A DNA stretch of 64,000 nt from Candidatus Omnitrophota bacterium (GTDB lineage Bacteria > Omnitrophota > Gorgyraeia > VGKH01). Shown one piece after another: positions 36,169 through 45,142 of the stretch (its first letter is position 1; each line of letters opens with the position of its first letter). The notes under the pieces were generated by a model, which made no database searches, was not told where the DNA came from, and worked only from the letters and a program-made list of their open reading frames with translations. A program made the position numbers and the translations under genes. The stretch covers positions 150,238 to 214,237 of the forward strand of contig JAKLEP010000003.1 in NCBI GenBank assembly GCA_022703055.1, in the 5' to 3' direction.

Positions 36169-37401
36169 TTAGTTTACACTGCCTCCTCTTAAAGTAACTA
36201 TATCAAATATGGGTAAAAACATTGCAATTACAATCGTTCCTATGACGACACCCATAAAAATAAGCATAACCGGTTCAAAAATTATAGAAAAACGTTTTAA
36301 GAAAGTCCCTATAATACTTTCATAAAAAGCAGCGACTTTCTTAAGCATTCCTCCCAATTCACCGGTTTCCTCTCCGATTGTAACCATTTGAATTACCATC
36401 GGAGGGAAGAAATCAGTCTGCTGCATAGGTTCAGCGATAACTTTACCCTCGCGAACCTTTTCTTTAATTTTATTTATTATAGCAGAAACTGTTAAATTGT
36501 CAACCATGCGTTCAGAAATCTCAAGCGCATAAAGAAGCGGGACTCCGCTCTCAACCAGAATTGATAAATGCGAAGTAAATCGTTCTATATAAAGATCGCG
36601 CATAAAAGTGCCTATTATAGGCAACTTAAACAACACTGTCTCAAACCAACGCCTGCCGATAGGGGTAGAAACATATTTTTTAACTAGGGAAATGAGAATA
36701 AATACAACAAAGGCGATCAAGAAGAATTTTGAACGTATATATTGAAAAACTCCCAATATCGCTGCAGTTAACGGTGGTAACTTCATATTAAAGCTGCCAA
36801 ATAATTCTGTGAATTTAGGGATTATCAAAAACGAGAAGATCACCAAAGCTATTATACAAATTCCAACAAGAATAAGGGGATACAACATTGCTGAAAGTAT
36901 TGTCCTCTCAAATTCTGCTTTCTGCTCTAAATAAAAAGCTAAGCGTTCCAGGACTACTGGTAAAGTACCGGATGACTCTCCCACCTCGGCTAGACTTACC
37001 CAAAACTGATTGAACACTTTAGGGTGGTGTGATAAAGATTGGCTCAAAGATGAGCCCTTCTCGAGATCCCTCTTGACTCTTTCCAGAACCAGAGCAAACC
37101 TCTGGCTCTCAACCTGAGAAGATATGACTTCAAGACTTTTCAAAAGAGGGACGCCAGCATTTAACATAGTTGCCAGCTGCCGGGCAAAAAGGACTAAATC
37201 CTCTAACTTTATACGGCCGCGTTTAAATACAGGTTTGCCTGAGGTCTTCTGGGGCTTTGTCGCTAACTCAGGAACAACTTTAATCACGTATAGACCCTGA
37301 GCCTGCAATCTTTCTATCAAAGTCTCTTTATCACGGGCTTCCTCAATAGAGGCCTTCTTTTTACCATCTTTATCTCTGGCAATATAGCGAAAATAAGGCA
37401 T
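36169..37401 (-). CDS. pilC: type IV pilus / T2SS platform protein (GspF/PilC family)
   Basis: 410 aa. Two T2SSF repeats and three TM segments. Confidence 0.9.
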   Translation of the reverse strand: MPYFRYIARDKDGKKKASIEEARDKETLIERLQAQGLYVIKVVPELATKPQKTSGKPVFKRGRIKLEDLVLFARQLATMLNAGVPLLKSLEVISSQVESQRFALVLERVKRDLEKGSSLSQSLSHHPKVFNQFWVSLAEVGESSGTLPVVLERLAFYLEQKAEFERTILSAMLYPLILVGICIIALVIFSFLIIPKFTELFGSFNMKLPPLTAAILGVFQYIRSKFFLIAFVVFILISLVKKYVSTPIGRRWFETVLFKLPIIGTFMRDLYIERFTSHLSILVESGVPLLYALEISERMVDNLTVSAIINKIKEKVREGKVIAEPMQQTDFFPPMVIQMVTIGEETGELGGMLKKVAAFYESIIGTFLKRFSIIFEPVMLIFMGVVIGTIVIAMFLPIFDIVTLRGGSVN

Positions 37402-39113
37402 TAACCTTCTCCTAAAGTTACGCTAAGGACCTCTTCCAAACTAGTAGCACCCGCTTCCACTTTCTTTAAACCGCTCTCAAAAAGACTTGTCATCCCGGCT
37501 TTTTTTGCTACTTCTCGTATTTTACCGTAATCCGCCTTGTTATGAATCAAAGTCTTTATCTCATCATTTATCATCATTACCTCGCAAATAGCCAATCTTC
37601 CTCTGTATCCGATCTGATTACAATTTGGGCAGCCTTTGGCGCGATATATCGGCTGATTGGAAGAAATTTTTATGCTACCAAGATCGCTCTGCTTAGGTTC
37701 ATATGCCTCTTTGCATTTAGGGCATAACTTTCTGATTAATCTCTGGGCTACCACACACAATAATGAAGGCATCAAAAGATATGATTCAACTCCAATATCG
37801 ATTAACCGGGTTACAGCTGAAGGGGCATCATTGGTATGAAGCGTGCTTAAAACTAAATGTCCGGTTAAGGCTGCACGCACACATATCTGCGCTGTCTCAA
37901 GATCTCTAACCTCTCCTACTAACATTATATCGGGATCCTGACGTAAAAATGAACGTAGCGCCGCGGCGAAAGTTAAACCAATCTCTGGTTTTGCCTGCAC
38001 CTGATTAATTCCTTCTATCCTATACTCAACAGGTTCCTCGATAGTAATAATATTCTTCCTGGGATCCATTACCTCTTTTAAAGCTGCATACAAGGTTGTA
38101 GTCTTGCCGCAACCAGTGGGACCGGTTAAAAATACTAAGCCATAAGGACTGTAAATCGCTTTTTTAAAATTTTCGAGTTGCTTTGGCTCAAAACCAAGCT
38201 TGACCAAATCCAAAGGGGCTAGCCCTCTATCCAAAATACGTATGACGACTTTTTCGCCGTGAATTGTAGGAATCGTAGAAACTCTCAAATCGACAATTCT
38301 ATCTTCAAGCTTAACAATAAAAGCACCATCCTGAGGCAGGCGTTTTTCCGCGATATCTAACTTAGAAAGGATTTTAATTCTCGAGACTATTGGCAGGTGC
38401 AAGTGTTTCGCCGGAGGAGGAATCTCATATAAAACTCCATCAATACGGTATCTTAAACTGATTCTTTCGGGAAATGGCTCAATATGGATATCGGAGGCGC
38501 GTTCGTCGATTGCCTGCCGGATAACCAGGTCTACCAATTTGACAACCGGGGCCTCTTCTGCCTTGGCAATCAATTTATCGAGGCTTAGCTCTTCTTCTTC
38601 GCGGCCTTCTTCTTCAATAACAATCCTATCTATGTGGTAAGAATCCTTGACCGCTTCGCCCAGTAAAGAACTTTTACTGTAGAATTCTTCTATGGCTCTT
38701 AAGATATCAGTTTTAGTAGCGATGACTAAATTGATTTCGCAACCAGTCATCTTTTTTATATTATCAATTAATATTAAATCCAGCGGATCAAAAACAGCGC
38801 AGGTCAATGAATTCAGGTTTCTGGAAAGCGGAAGGACTAAATTTTTCTGGGCAAAGTCCCTGGGAATCAATTCTTCTAAGCCCTGTTCTGGCGCAGGGGC
38901 TAGCAAACCGGAACTTTTAGTCGCGTACGGGATGGATAATTGCTTTCCCAACGCTTCAATTAAATTTTCTTCGCTGATTGATCCTAACTTTACCAGCGCC
39001 TCTCCAATGCGGAGCCCTTCTTGCTTCTGAAGATCAATAGCCTTCTGAAGCTGCTCCTTAGTCACTAAGCCGCGCTTACTTAGAATCTCTCCCAGTTTAA
39101 GATGAACTGCCAT
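37401..39113 (-). CDS. pilB: type IV pilus / T2SS assembly ATPase (GspE/PilB family) with an N-terminal MshEN-type domain
   Basis: Walker A GPTGCGKTT, Asp/His boxes, and the tetracysteine CPKC...CPNC. The N-terminus carries two RLGxx..G..-type motifs. Confidence 0.9.
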   Translation of the reverse strand: MAVHLKLGEILSKRGLVTKEQLQKAIDLQKQEGLRIGEALVKLGSISEENLIEALGKQLSIPYATKSSGLLAPAPEQGLEELIPRDFAQKNLVLPLSRNLNSLTCAVFDPLDLILIDNIKKMTGCEINLVIATKTDILRAIEEFYSKSSLLGEAVKDSYHIDRIVIEEEGREEEELSLDKLIAKAEEAPVVKLVDLVIRQAIDERASDIHIEPFPERISLRYRIDGVLYEIPPPAKHLHLPIVSRIKILSKLDIAEKRLPQDGAFIVKLEDRIVDLRVSTIPTIHGEKVVIRILDRGLAPLDLVKLGFEPKQLENFKKAIYSPYGLVFLTGPTGCGKTTTLYAALKEVMDPRKNIITIEEPVEYRIEGINQVQAKPEIGLTFAAALRSFLRQDPDIMLVGEVRDLETAQICVRAALTGHLVLSTLHTNDAPSAVTRLIDIGVESYLLMPSLLCVVAQRLIRKLCPKCKEAYEPKQSDLGSIKISSNQPIYRAKGCPNCNQIGYRGRLAICEVMMINDEIKTLIHNKADYGKIREVAKKAGMTSLFESGLKKVEAGATSLEEVLSVTLGEG

Positions 39114-39145
39114 TTACGACCTCATTTATTATAGATATTATATCA

Positions 39146-40693
39146 TTAACGGCGTTTGTTTTCAAATTTTGATAGAGCCTTGTTAACCTCTGCCATCTTT
39201 GACCTTGGAAGCTCCTGCTCTCTTGAGAAAGGCAATATCGGACTGAATCTGTTTTTTATGCTGGAAATTTCTTTTTCTTTGACTATGTGCGGAGTAATAA
39301 ATATAATCAATTCTCTATCCTCGTCCTTGGTTTTACTCCTATATTTAAAGGCGTTGCCTAAGATAGGAATATCTCCCAAAAATGGAACCTTGGTTATAGA
39401 GTCATTAACCCTGTTTCGAATTAGCCCTCCGATAACGATTGTCTCCCCATCTTTAACTCTAAGCAGGGATTTAGTTTGCCTTCTTTCAGGATCCCTGAAA
39501 CTAGTACTAAGGCTACTTGTCGCTGCCTCGCTGACGGTAGGCTCAACAAACATTGTGATATCTCCAGTTTCTTTATTTACCTGTGGGGTAACCCTTAAAG
39601 CGACACCCGTCTCTGACCTCTCGGCCTCTTGAGTTGATAAAGCCGTATTGCCTTCTCCTGACACCGATTGTTTAAGGCCTATCGCCTCATCGGTAACTAT
39701 TTTTATTTCAGCGGTTTCATTGCTTAGTGTCAATATGCGTGGCCTTGCGAGATACCTAGTGTCTGAATCGGTAGCCACAAAATTCAAAGCAATATCTAAA
39801 CCCGCAGCGCTTATCGTACCCATGGTAAACGTCTTACTGGTCACCATACCAGTAGCATCTCCAATGTATCCACCGCTAAAAGGGAATTTAGTTTGTCTTG
39901 ATGCTCCGCTAAAAGTCAAAGAATCATCCGACGGAGAAGCATCCCAATTAACTCCCAGTTTATCAACTAAATTCTTAGCTACATCCAGCATCTCAACTTC
40001 AATTACTACTTGCGGCGTAGGTATATCAAGGCTGGCAATAGTCTTTTCAATTATAGGGAACTGTTCAGGCTTATCAGTAACGACTAAACTGTTGGTCCTT
40101 GAGTCTTCTATAACCTTGCCTTCTTCTGTAAGGACGTTCTCTACTATTTTCTTAATGTTCGTGACTTCAGCCTGCTGCTGTCCTGAACTACTACTCGTAG
40201 AGCTAGTACTCGAGGTACTTTCATCGCTAGTACCCGAGGCTCCGCCAAAATCCTCTTTTCTCTCCATACCATCCAATATTTCAGATTTTATCCTGGAGCT
40301 TGAGACTGACGCATACTTTAGAAAGAAGATTTTCGTCACAGTCTTTAGACCAGCGGTAAGTTCTCTGACTACAAAGATGCTACTACCTTCCTTTATATCA
40401 TAGGTTAAGTTATTAGCAGAAAGGATCTTGTCCAAAGCCTCTTCTACGGGAACATTCTCCAAGAATACTGTTACCGTCCTATTCTTGACCTCATCAGAAG
40501 CTATGAAATTCAAACCTGATTGTTGGGATAGAATCTTCAAAACGTCTTTTAAGTTGGCGTCCTGAAAATCCATTGAGATCATCTTTGAATAATCAGGCAA
40601 GCTAATCCCTTTTGATATCTCCGCGGAAACAGAAGGAATGACAAATACTAGAAATATTCCTATTGAAATCACTCTTACAAAAAATCTTTTCAT
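39146..40693 (-). CDS. pilQ: secretin (PilQ/GspD family)
   Basis: Signal peptide, N-domain SRTNSLVVTD, and C-terminal secretin motif VPFLGDIPILGNAFKYRS...LIIFITPHIV. Confidence 0.85.
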   Translation of the reverse strand: MKRFFVRVISIGIFLVFVIPSVSAEISKGISLPDYSKMISMDFQDANLKDVLKILSQQSGLNFIASDEVKNRTVTVFLENVPVEEALDKILSANNLTYDIKEGSSIFVVRELTAGLKTVTKIFFLKYASVSSSRIKSEILDGMERKEDFGGASGTSDESTSSTSSTSSSSGQQQAEVTNIKKIVENVLTEEGKVIEDSRTNSLVVTDKPEQFPIIEKTIASLDIPTPQVVIEVEMLDVAKNLVDKLGVNWDASPSDDSLTFSGASRQTKFPFSGGYIGDATGMVTSKTFTMGTISAAGLDIALNFVATDSDTRYLARPRILTLSNETAEIKIVTDEAIGLKQSVSGEGNTALSTQEAERSETGVALRVTPQVNKETGDITMFVEPTVSEAATSSLSTSFRDPERRQTKSLLRVKDGETIVIGGLIRNRVNDSITKVPFLGDIPILGNAFKYRSKTKDEDRELIIFITPHIVKEKEISSIKNRFSPILPFSREQELPRSKMAEVNKALSKFENKRR

Positions 40694-40716
40694 TACAACC
40701 TCCTGCTTAATAATGT

Positions 40717-41118
40717 CTATTTCTTCTCAAAATTAATTTTCGGCTTCGCCGTAATAATCTTTCCCCTGTATAAAAATTTGACCCCTTCTTTTGAAATATC
40801 AATGATTTTAGCTTCCTTAATATCATCTCCCAGACGCAAAACCTGTCCATCAATAATTGCCTGAGGATTATCACTAGACCAAATCATGCCCTGAACGACA
40901 AATTCTGGAGGCGCTTCTTGCACTCCCTGAGGCAAGTTTTCGCCCTTCTTCTTTTCTTCTTTTCTAATCTCAGGCATGAAAGGATCTCGATAGCTTACCG
41001 CATCGTAGCTGTTTGTTAACTGGCTATCAAAATCAACTTCGGCCTCATTGCCTTGGGCAAATACGTAAAAACAACTAGCCGATAAAAAAACAAAAAATAA
41101 TAAACACGATTTTCTCAT
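40717..41118 (-). CDS. PilP/GspB-like periplasmic pilus assembly protein
   Basis: Signal peptide. The C-terminal beta-domain pattern QGMIWSSDNPQAIIDGQVLRLGDDIKEAKIIDISKEGV and its position between the pilO and secretin genes. Confidence 0.5.
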   Translation of the reverse strand: MRKSCLLFFVFLSASCFYVFAQGNEAEVDFDSQLTNSYDAVSYRDPFMPEIRKEEKKKGENLPQGVQEAPPEFVVQGMIWSSDNPQAIIDGQVLRLGDDIKEAKIIDISKEGVKFLYRGKIITAKPKINFEKK

Positions 41119-41120
41119 TT

Positions 41121-41666
41121 TTACTTTTTCTTTATATAAACCGCATATAAATTTAAAACTATTTCGCTCTCAGTCGGTGTTTCAGAATGATATGATTGCC
41201 TATTATCAACGTATAATGTCCTGATTTTCAAAAACCCTGTATTTTCAATATCGCTTACTAAATTGCCTAATTTATGGTAATTACTTTCAATTCTTAAAGT
41301 TATCGGCAGCAACTGATAATTCTTTTTATCTAAAGAAGTCTGGGCATCAATAGAATTTATCCGAATATTATTCTCTTTCGCAAAAACAGAGATTTTTTCA
41401 ATAACTCTGTCTGTAGTTAAATTTACCTGAAAATTCTTTTGGAGTTTATCTAACTTATCTTCCTGAGCTTTTAAACTATCAATAAACTCAGTAATTTCGT
41501 TTTCTTTCTTAATCTGGTCTTTTAATAAATTTATTTTTTGTACTTGTCCAACATGCATATTTCTTATAACAACTAAAGCAAGCACAATAATACCTATATT
41601 GGCTAATAAATTCTTATTCTTGATAATCTGTGAAACATCGATTTTTGATAAACTTTTTATATCCAT
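41121..41666 (-). CDS. pilO: PilO-like pilus assembly protein
   Basis: N-terminal TM helix, a coiled coil and a ferredoxin-like C-terminus, located after pilM/N. Confidence 0.6.
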   Translation of the reverse strand: MDIKSLSKIDVSQIIKNKNLLANIGIIVLALVVIRNMHVGQVQKINLLKDQIKKENEITEFIDSLKAQEDKLDKLQKNFQVNLTTDRVIEKISVFAKENNIRINSIDAQTSLDKKNYQLLPITLRIESNYHKLGNLVSDIENTGFLKIRTLYVDNRQSYHSETPTESEIVLNLYAVYIKKK

Positions 41667-41667
41667 C

Positions 41668-43194
41668 TTATTTACAGGTTATGCCGAACTCGCTTACGGC
41701 AAAGTCGTCGATCATTGTTTGTTTTACATAATCCAAATCTATAATATTAAAAATTTTCTTAAATTCTTTATTTTCCTTAATAACAGAGGCTAATTTATTC
41801 ACTGCCTTTATCTGCTCCGCCTCGTCCTCCAAATAGGCTTTTCCTTCAAGCCTAAAAACAAGTTCTGGATCAAGTCTAAGATCTATTCTGGACAACCATA
41901 CTCCCTTTGGCATTAGCGAGGGTAAAGTATTTAATAAAGGCGTGATAAAGGTTGTCTTTTTTGCTTCAGTTAGAGAAGTTAACTGTTCTTCATAAATATT
42001 CTTTATTGACTGCAAGTCAACCAAATTTAGAGAGCTCAATTTATGCTTCAGAGATAACCTTTTTTGAGATAGGTTATTAAGTTTATTTTTAAGCCCAACT
42101 ATCTGGCTATAATCAACGAATAAATAAAACAGAAGAATAAACACCGCCGATATAATTGAAGTGCGAATGACGGTTTTTACAGAAATAGGGACTTCGGGTA
42201 TCTCAACATCTTCCTTTTTCTCTTTTTGCTCCGCTGGCCGCTTCTTCTTATATAGGTCTATCGCTATAGTTGGAGTAAAGGAACTTCTCAGCGCCGCACC
42301 GTAAGCCTTCAATTCACCGATTTTTATGTCTTCTCTTAAACCAACAAGTTCACCTGGGTTGACTAAAGACGTCTTTATATTGAACTCTCTAGTTAAGTGT
42401 TCTTTAATCGATTCATCCCTTTCCTCGCTGAAAACAAAAATTTGATCGATCTCATACTTAGTCGTCTGTCTTCGGTAATAGTCAAAAGAGTGGCGCAGCT
42501 CTTTGTCCAAAACCGCCAATATCGTTTCCTGATCCTTGGCATAAATATCTTTACTAATAGAAGCTAATTTGAAATCTCTTATTAAATGCGGATAACCCTT
42601 CTCGATTATGCAGATATTGCCTTCGTTTCTATTGGTTTCGACAATCGCAATATTGGAGTTGATTTTTGCAAGCTTCTTATAAATTAAAACTCTAAATAAA
42701 CTAAGCGGAGAAGTCTCCATACCTAAGACTTTTAAGCTCGATTGCTCCAGTGAATATATGAATTTGTCCAAGACATCCTGTTTGATTCCGATAAAATGAG
42801 TCTTGAACTTGGCCCCGCTTTTTTCCTTAACTTTCTGCAAAATATAGTCAAAAGATAATAAATCAAGTTTTATAGGGACGTATTTTCTTGCTTCAAAATC
42901 TATAACTGGTTTGATTTCGCGTTGCGGTAATATCGGTATAAGAAATGACCTGAGTAGAACTTCTTTTGCAGGAATAGTAGCAATAACCTCATCTGTTTTA
43001 ATTTGTTTTTCCCTCAGAGTTTTCTGCAGGACAGCCGCCAGCATTATCTGATCAGCGACATCTACCACCTCTGCCTTGTCCTGAGACTCTAAATAAGGAA
43101 TATGATAATGGCAGATGATCCTTTGCTTTTCAACCTCAACAATATTTAAATCTTCTGGCCCGAAATTGATTCCTAGTTTTCTTCTACTTGCCAT
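41668..43194 (-). CDS. pilM: fused PilM (actin-like ATPase fold) / PilN (TM + periplasmic) protein, GspL-like architecture
   Basis: 508 aa. PilM-like N-terminal ~330 aa, a TM helix (IISAVFILLFYLFVDY), then a PilN-like coiled-coil/periplasmic part. Confidence 0.7.
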   Translation of the reverse strand: MASRRKLGINFGPEDLNIVEVEKQRIICHYHIPYLESQDKAEVVDVADQIMLAAVLQKTLREKQIKTDEVIATIPAKEVLLRSFLIPILPQREIKPVIDFEARKYVPIKLDLLSFDYILQKVKEKSGAKFKTHFIGIKQDVLDKFIYSLEQSSLKVLGMETSPLSLFRVLIYKKLAKINSNIAIVETNRNEGNICIIEKGYPHLIRDFKLASISKDIYAKDQETILAVLDKELRHSFDYYRRQTTKYEIDQIFVFSEERDESIKEHLTREFNIKTSLVNPGELVGLREDIKIGELKAYGAALRSSFTPTIAIDLYKKKRPAEQKEKKEDVEIPEVPISVKTVIRTSIISAVFILLFYLFVDYSQIVGLKNKLNNLSQKRLSLKHKLSSLNLVDLQSIKNIYEEQLTSLTEAKKTTFITPLLNTLPSLMPKGVWLSRIDLRLDPELVFRLEGKAYLEDEAEQIKAVNKLASVIKENKEFKKIFNIIDLDYVKQTMIDDFAVSEFGITCK

Positions 43195-43369
43195 ACTCTG
43201 CCTTTCGGAACTGAGACCTCAGCCATTTATCTACGTCCCGTTTATCAAAACGCCAGACTCCTCCGACCTTTATGCCGGAAATTTTCCTCATATGGAGCCA
43301 GTTGTAGATAGTCTGTTTCTCCAGCCTTAAATACTTCGCCAACTCATCGATATTCATTAAGCTTGTCAT
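43184..43369 (-). CDS. excisionase-family (MerR-like) helix-turn-helix DNA-binding protein
   Basis: 61 aa. MNIDELAKYLRLEKQTIYNWL...GGVWRFDKRDVDKWL. It overlaps the pilM start by 11 nt. Confidence 0.75.
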   Translation of the reverse strand: MTSLMNIDELAKYLRLEKQTIYNWLHMRKISGIKVGGVWRFDKRDVDKWLRSQFRKAEYGK

Positions 43370-43394
43370 ATCATTATAAAATTAACTAGATATA

Positions 43395-43423
43395 ATTAAA
43401 CTATAATTAATTTAACTTGTCAA
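43395..43423 (-). promoter_or_regulatory. sigma70-type promoter candidate for the HTH-pilus operon
   Basis: Minus strand TTGACA (43423-43418), 17-nt spacer, TTTAAT (43400-43395), about 25 nt upstream of the HTH ATG. No SD precedes that ATG. Confidence 0.45.
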
Positions 43424-43516
43424 GTGTTTTTTTTAATAATCTTACTTAAACTTACCGATATTTATCTATATTACTGCGTGGATTGTATTATTTAGAATTT
43501 TTATAGGAAGAGAAAT

Positions 43517-43855
43517 CTAGTAGCTCACTGTGGCTTCTAGACATTGCGAGGTAGCTCCGCCTGTTGGACAACCAGCAGGAAAAGGCGTGCTATAAGAGGT
43601 TACGTTAACAGAATAGCTCCCGATAGTAATGGGGCTAGTGCAAAGTATAGGCTTTGAATTGCAATCTATTAAGTATTGAATACCCGCCTGCGCAGCATAG
43701 TTAGCTTGTATTCGTTTAATATTTATATCAGTTATCCTAGCATCATTCGTCATTACATACAATACGCTTGCAGCCAATAAAGATAAAATCATCACAAATA
43801 TAACAACCGTAATCAAGATAACGCCACTTTCTTTATTTTTAAAATTTACTACCAT
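43517..43855 (-). CDS. PilX-N-like pilus-associated protein
   Basis: An N-terminal hydrophobic helix followed by RIQANYAAQAGIQY, the pattern of PilX N-terminal domains. Confidence 0.5.
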   Translation of the reverse strand: MVVNFKNKESGVILITVVIFVMILSLLAASVLYVMTNDARITDINIKRIQANYAAQAGIQYLIDCNSKPILCTSPITIGSYSVNVTSYSTPFPAGCPTGGATSQCLEATVSY

Positions 43856-43859
43856 TTAG

Positions 43860-44060
43860 TTATTTCCTTAAAGCTATACTGTAATCTCCATTTTCTTTCT
43901 GGAGTATCACGTGGCCTTCGCGAGCTAACCACCCTAGGCTCATGAGAATTAAATCCTTCGGTTTATCAAGCCCGGAAATTAAGCTAGTCAACTTCGTCTC
44001 GCCATGTTGATCAAGATAGTGCCAGATATCCCCGGCCACTATTCCGATTTCGATAATCAT
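43860..44060 (-). CDS. small winged-helix protein (DUF2582-like)
   Basis: 66 aa. GDIWHYLDQHGETKLTSLISGL...LGWLAREGHV pattern. Confidence 0.55.
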   Translation of the reverse strand: MIIEIGIVAGDIWHYLDQHGETKLTSLISGLDKPKDLILMSLGWLAREGHVILQKENGDYSIALRK

Positions 44061-44285
44061 TTATACTCCTCCTTTTTTTGAATAGCTATTGCACCTTGGG
44101 CATCTCGAGAGCTCCATGGAACTAAAATCAAGATACATATAAAAACAAATCGGGCATTGATACAAAGACCCGGAACTGGATAATTTTATCTGTTTGTCCC
44201 TGGCAATCAGCCAGCTTAAAAACAGAAATAATAGATATCCAATTAAAACAACTGACAAGCACAAATAAAAATTAATTTTTATCAT
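44061..44285 (-). CDS. small membrane-anchored zinc-ribbon protein
   Basis: 74 aa. One TM helix, then CPIC-x17-CPRC. Confidence 0.5.
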   Translation of the reverse strand: MIKINFYLCLSVVLIGYLLFLFLSWLIARDKQIKLSSSGSLYQCPICFYMYLDFSSMELSRCPRCNSYSKKGGV

Positions 44286-44736
44286 CTGCCTTTAACCTTA
44301 AATTATCTCCCCAGCTTGAAGGAATGCTTGTTGCGCCGCTCTCTTCAATGGCGCTCTTATTCTCAATTCTATAATTTGAGGCCACCCCAATAAATTTCGA
44401 AGACAGCTTCCCTCCTATAGGCAATCCTGCCTTAGCAACAGGAGGTTTCCTTACCGCTGCATAGCTAATCTCAGCATCAGCTTTTTGTGCCGGATTAACA
44501 AAAAATTTATCAGAAAGATCGACAGACGAATAATTCTTTGCGATTTTACTGCCCGCTGACAAATCCGATTTCCTTAAAATAGAACCTAAGAAATCTATGC
44601 TTGGCGGTTCCATCGGATAGCTTATTTTATCCTGAAATGTAAACACAATGCAAGAAAAATAAAATATATGGATACCCAGCGAGATAAACACGACATTTAA
44701 CATTTGCTTGTCAAAAGCAAAATTATGGATTCTCAT
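44272..44736 (-). CDS. TonB/TolA-like membrane anchor protein (no recognisable TonB C-terminal domain)
   Basis: 154 aa with a single N-terminal TM helix. It lies directly after exbB-exbD with a 4-nt overlap. Confidence 0.4.
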   Translation of the reverse strand: MRIHNFAFDKQMLNVVFISLGIHIFYFSCIVFTFQDKISYPMEPPSIDFLGSILRKSDLSAGSKIAKNYSSVDLSDKFFVNPAQKADAEISYAAVRKPPVAKAGLPIGGKLSSKFIGVASNYRIENKSAIEESGATSIPSSWGDNLRLKADDKN

Positions 44737-45137
44737 CTTCCCTGGTCAGTCGCGATATTTATTTTGGTAATACCCAATTCCCGGCACAAATCCCATACTT
44801 CGACTATCCTACCCATAGAAGCCCTTTTGTCTGACTTGATCAGCAATGGACTCTGCTTCCTTGCAGCTACGGTTAGCTCCTTTCTTAGCTCCGCCGTGGT
44901 AACTACCTTACCGCCTATATAAAGCACATCCTCTCCGGAAACAGTCACAACAACGCTTTCCTTTTTTACTATCTCACTAGTAACTGCCTTGGGTAAATTG
45001 ACCTTTATGCCGGGCAGGAAAACAAACGAAGATGTCAGCATGAAAAAAATAAGCAGCTGAAAAACCATATCGATTAATGGGGCTATGTCTATCTGACCTA
45101 AACCGTGCTCTATTTTAGTGTGTCTTTTGAATCTCAA
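44733..45137 (-). CDS. exbD: biopolymer transport protein ExbD/TolR
   Basis: IDIAPLIDMVFQLLIFFM, with the conserved Asp in the TM helix; 134 aa. Confidence 0.85.
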   Translation of the reverse strand: MRFKRHTKIEHGLGQIDIAPLIDMVFQLLIFFMLTSSFVFLPGIKVNLPKAVTSEIVKKESVVVTVSGEDVLYIGGKVVTTAELRKELTVAARKQSPLLIKSDKRASMGRIVEVWDLCRELGITKINIATDQGR

Positions 45138-45142
45138 TTTAC

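Noticed and set aside
39648-40403. Long plus-strand ORFs in the track: 251 aa at 39648..40403, and also 39156..39632, 18641..19069, 20855..21244, 58729..59127 and all other plus-strand entries.
   Set aside because: Each lies entirely antisense to a minus-strand gene with strong family signatures (secretin, trpE, hisF/hisA, folK-panC and others). Their products are low-complexity Ser/Leu/Ile-rich sequences with no motifs or SD context. They are typical shadow ORFs.
33806-43369. The pilus operon as a tRNA-inserted genomic island, with tRNA-Ala at one end and an excisionase-family HTH at the other.
   Set aside because: There is no integrase, no direct repeat of the tRNA 3' end near 43370-43516, and no visible compositional break by eye. 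The HTH overlaps pilM and looks like an operon member.
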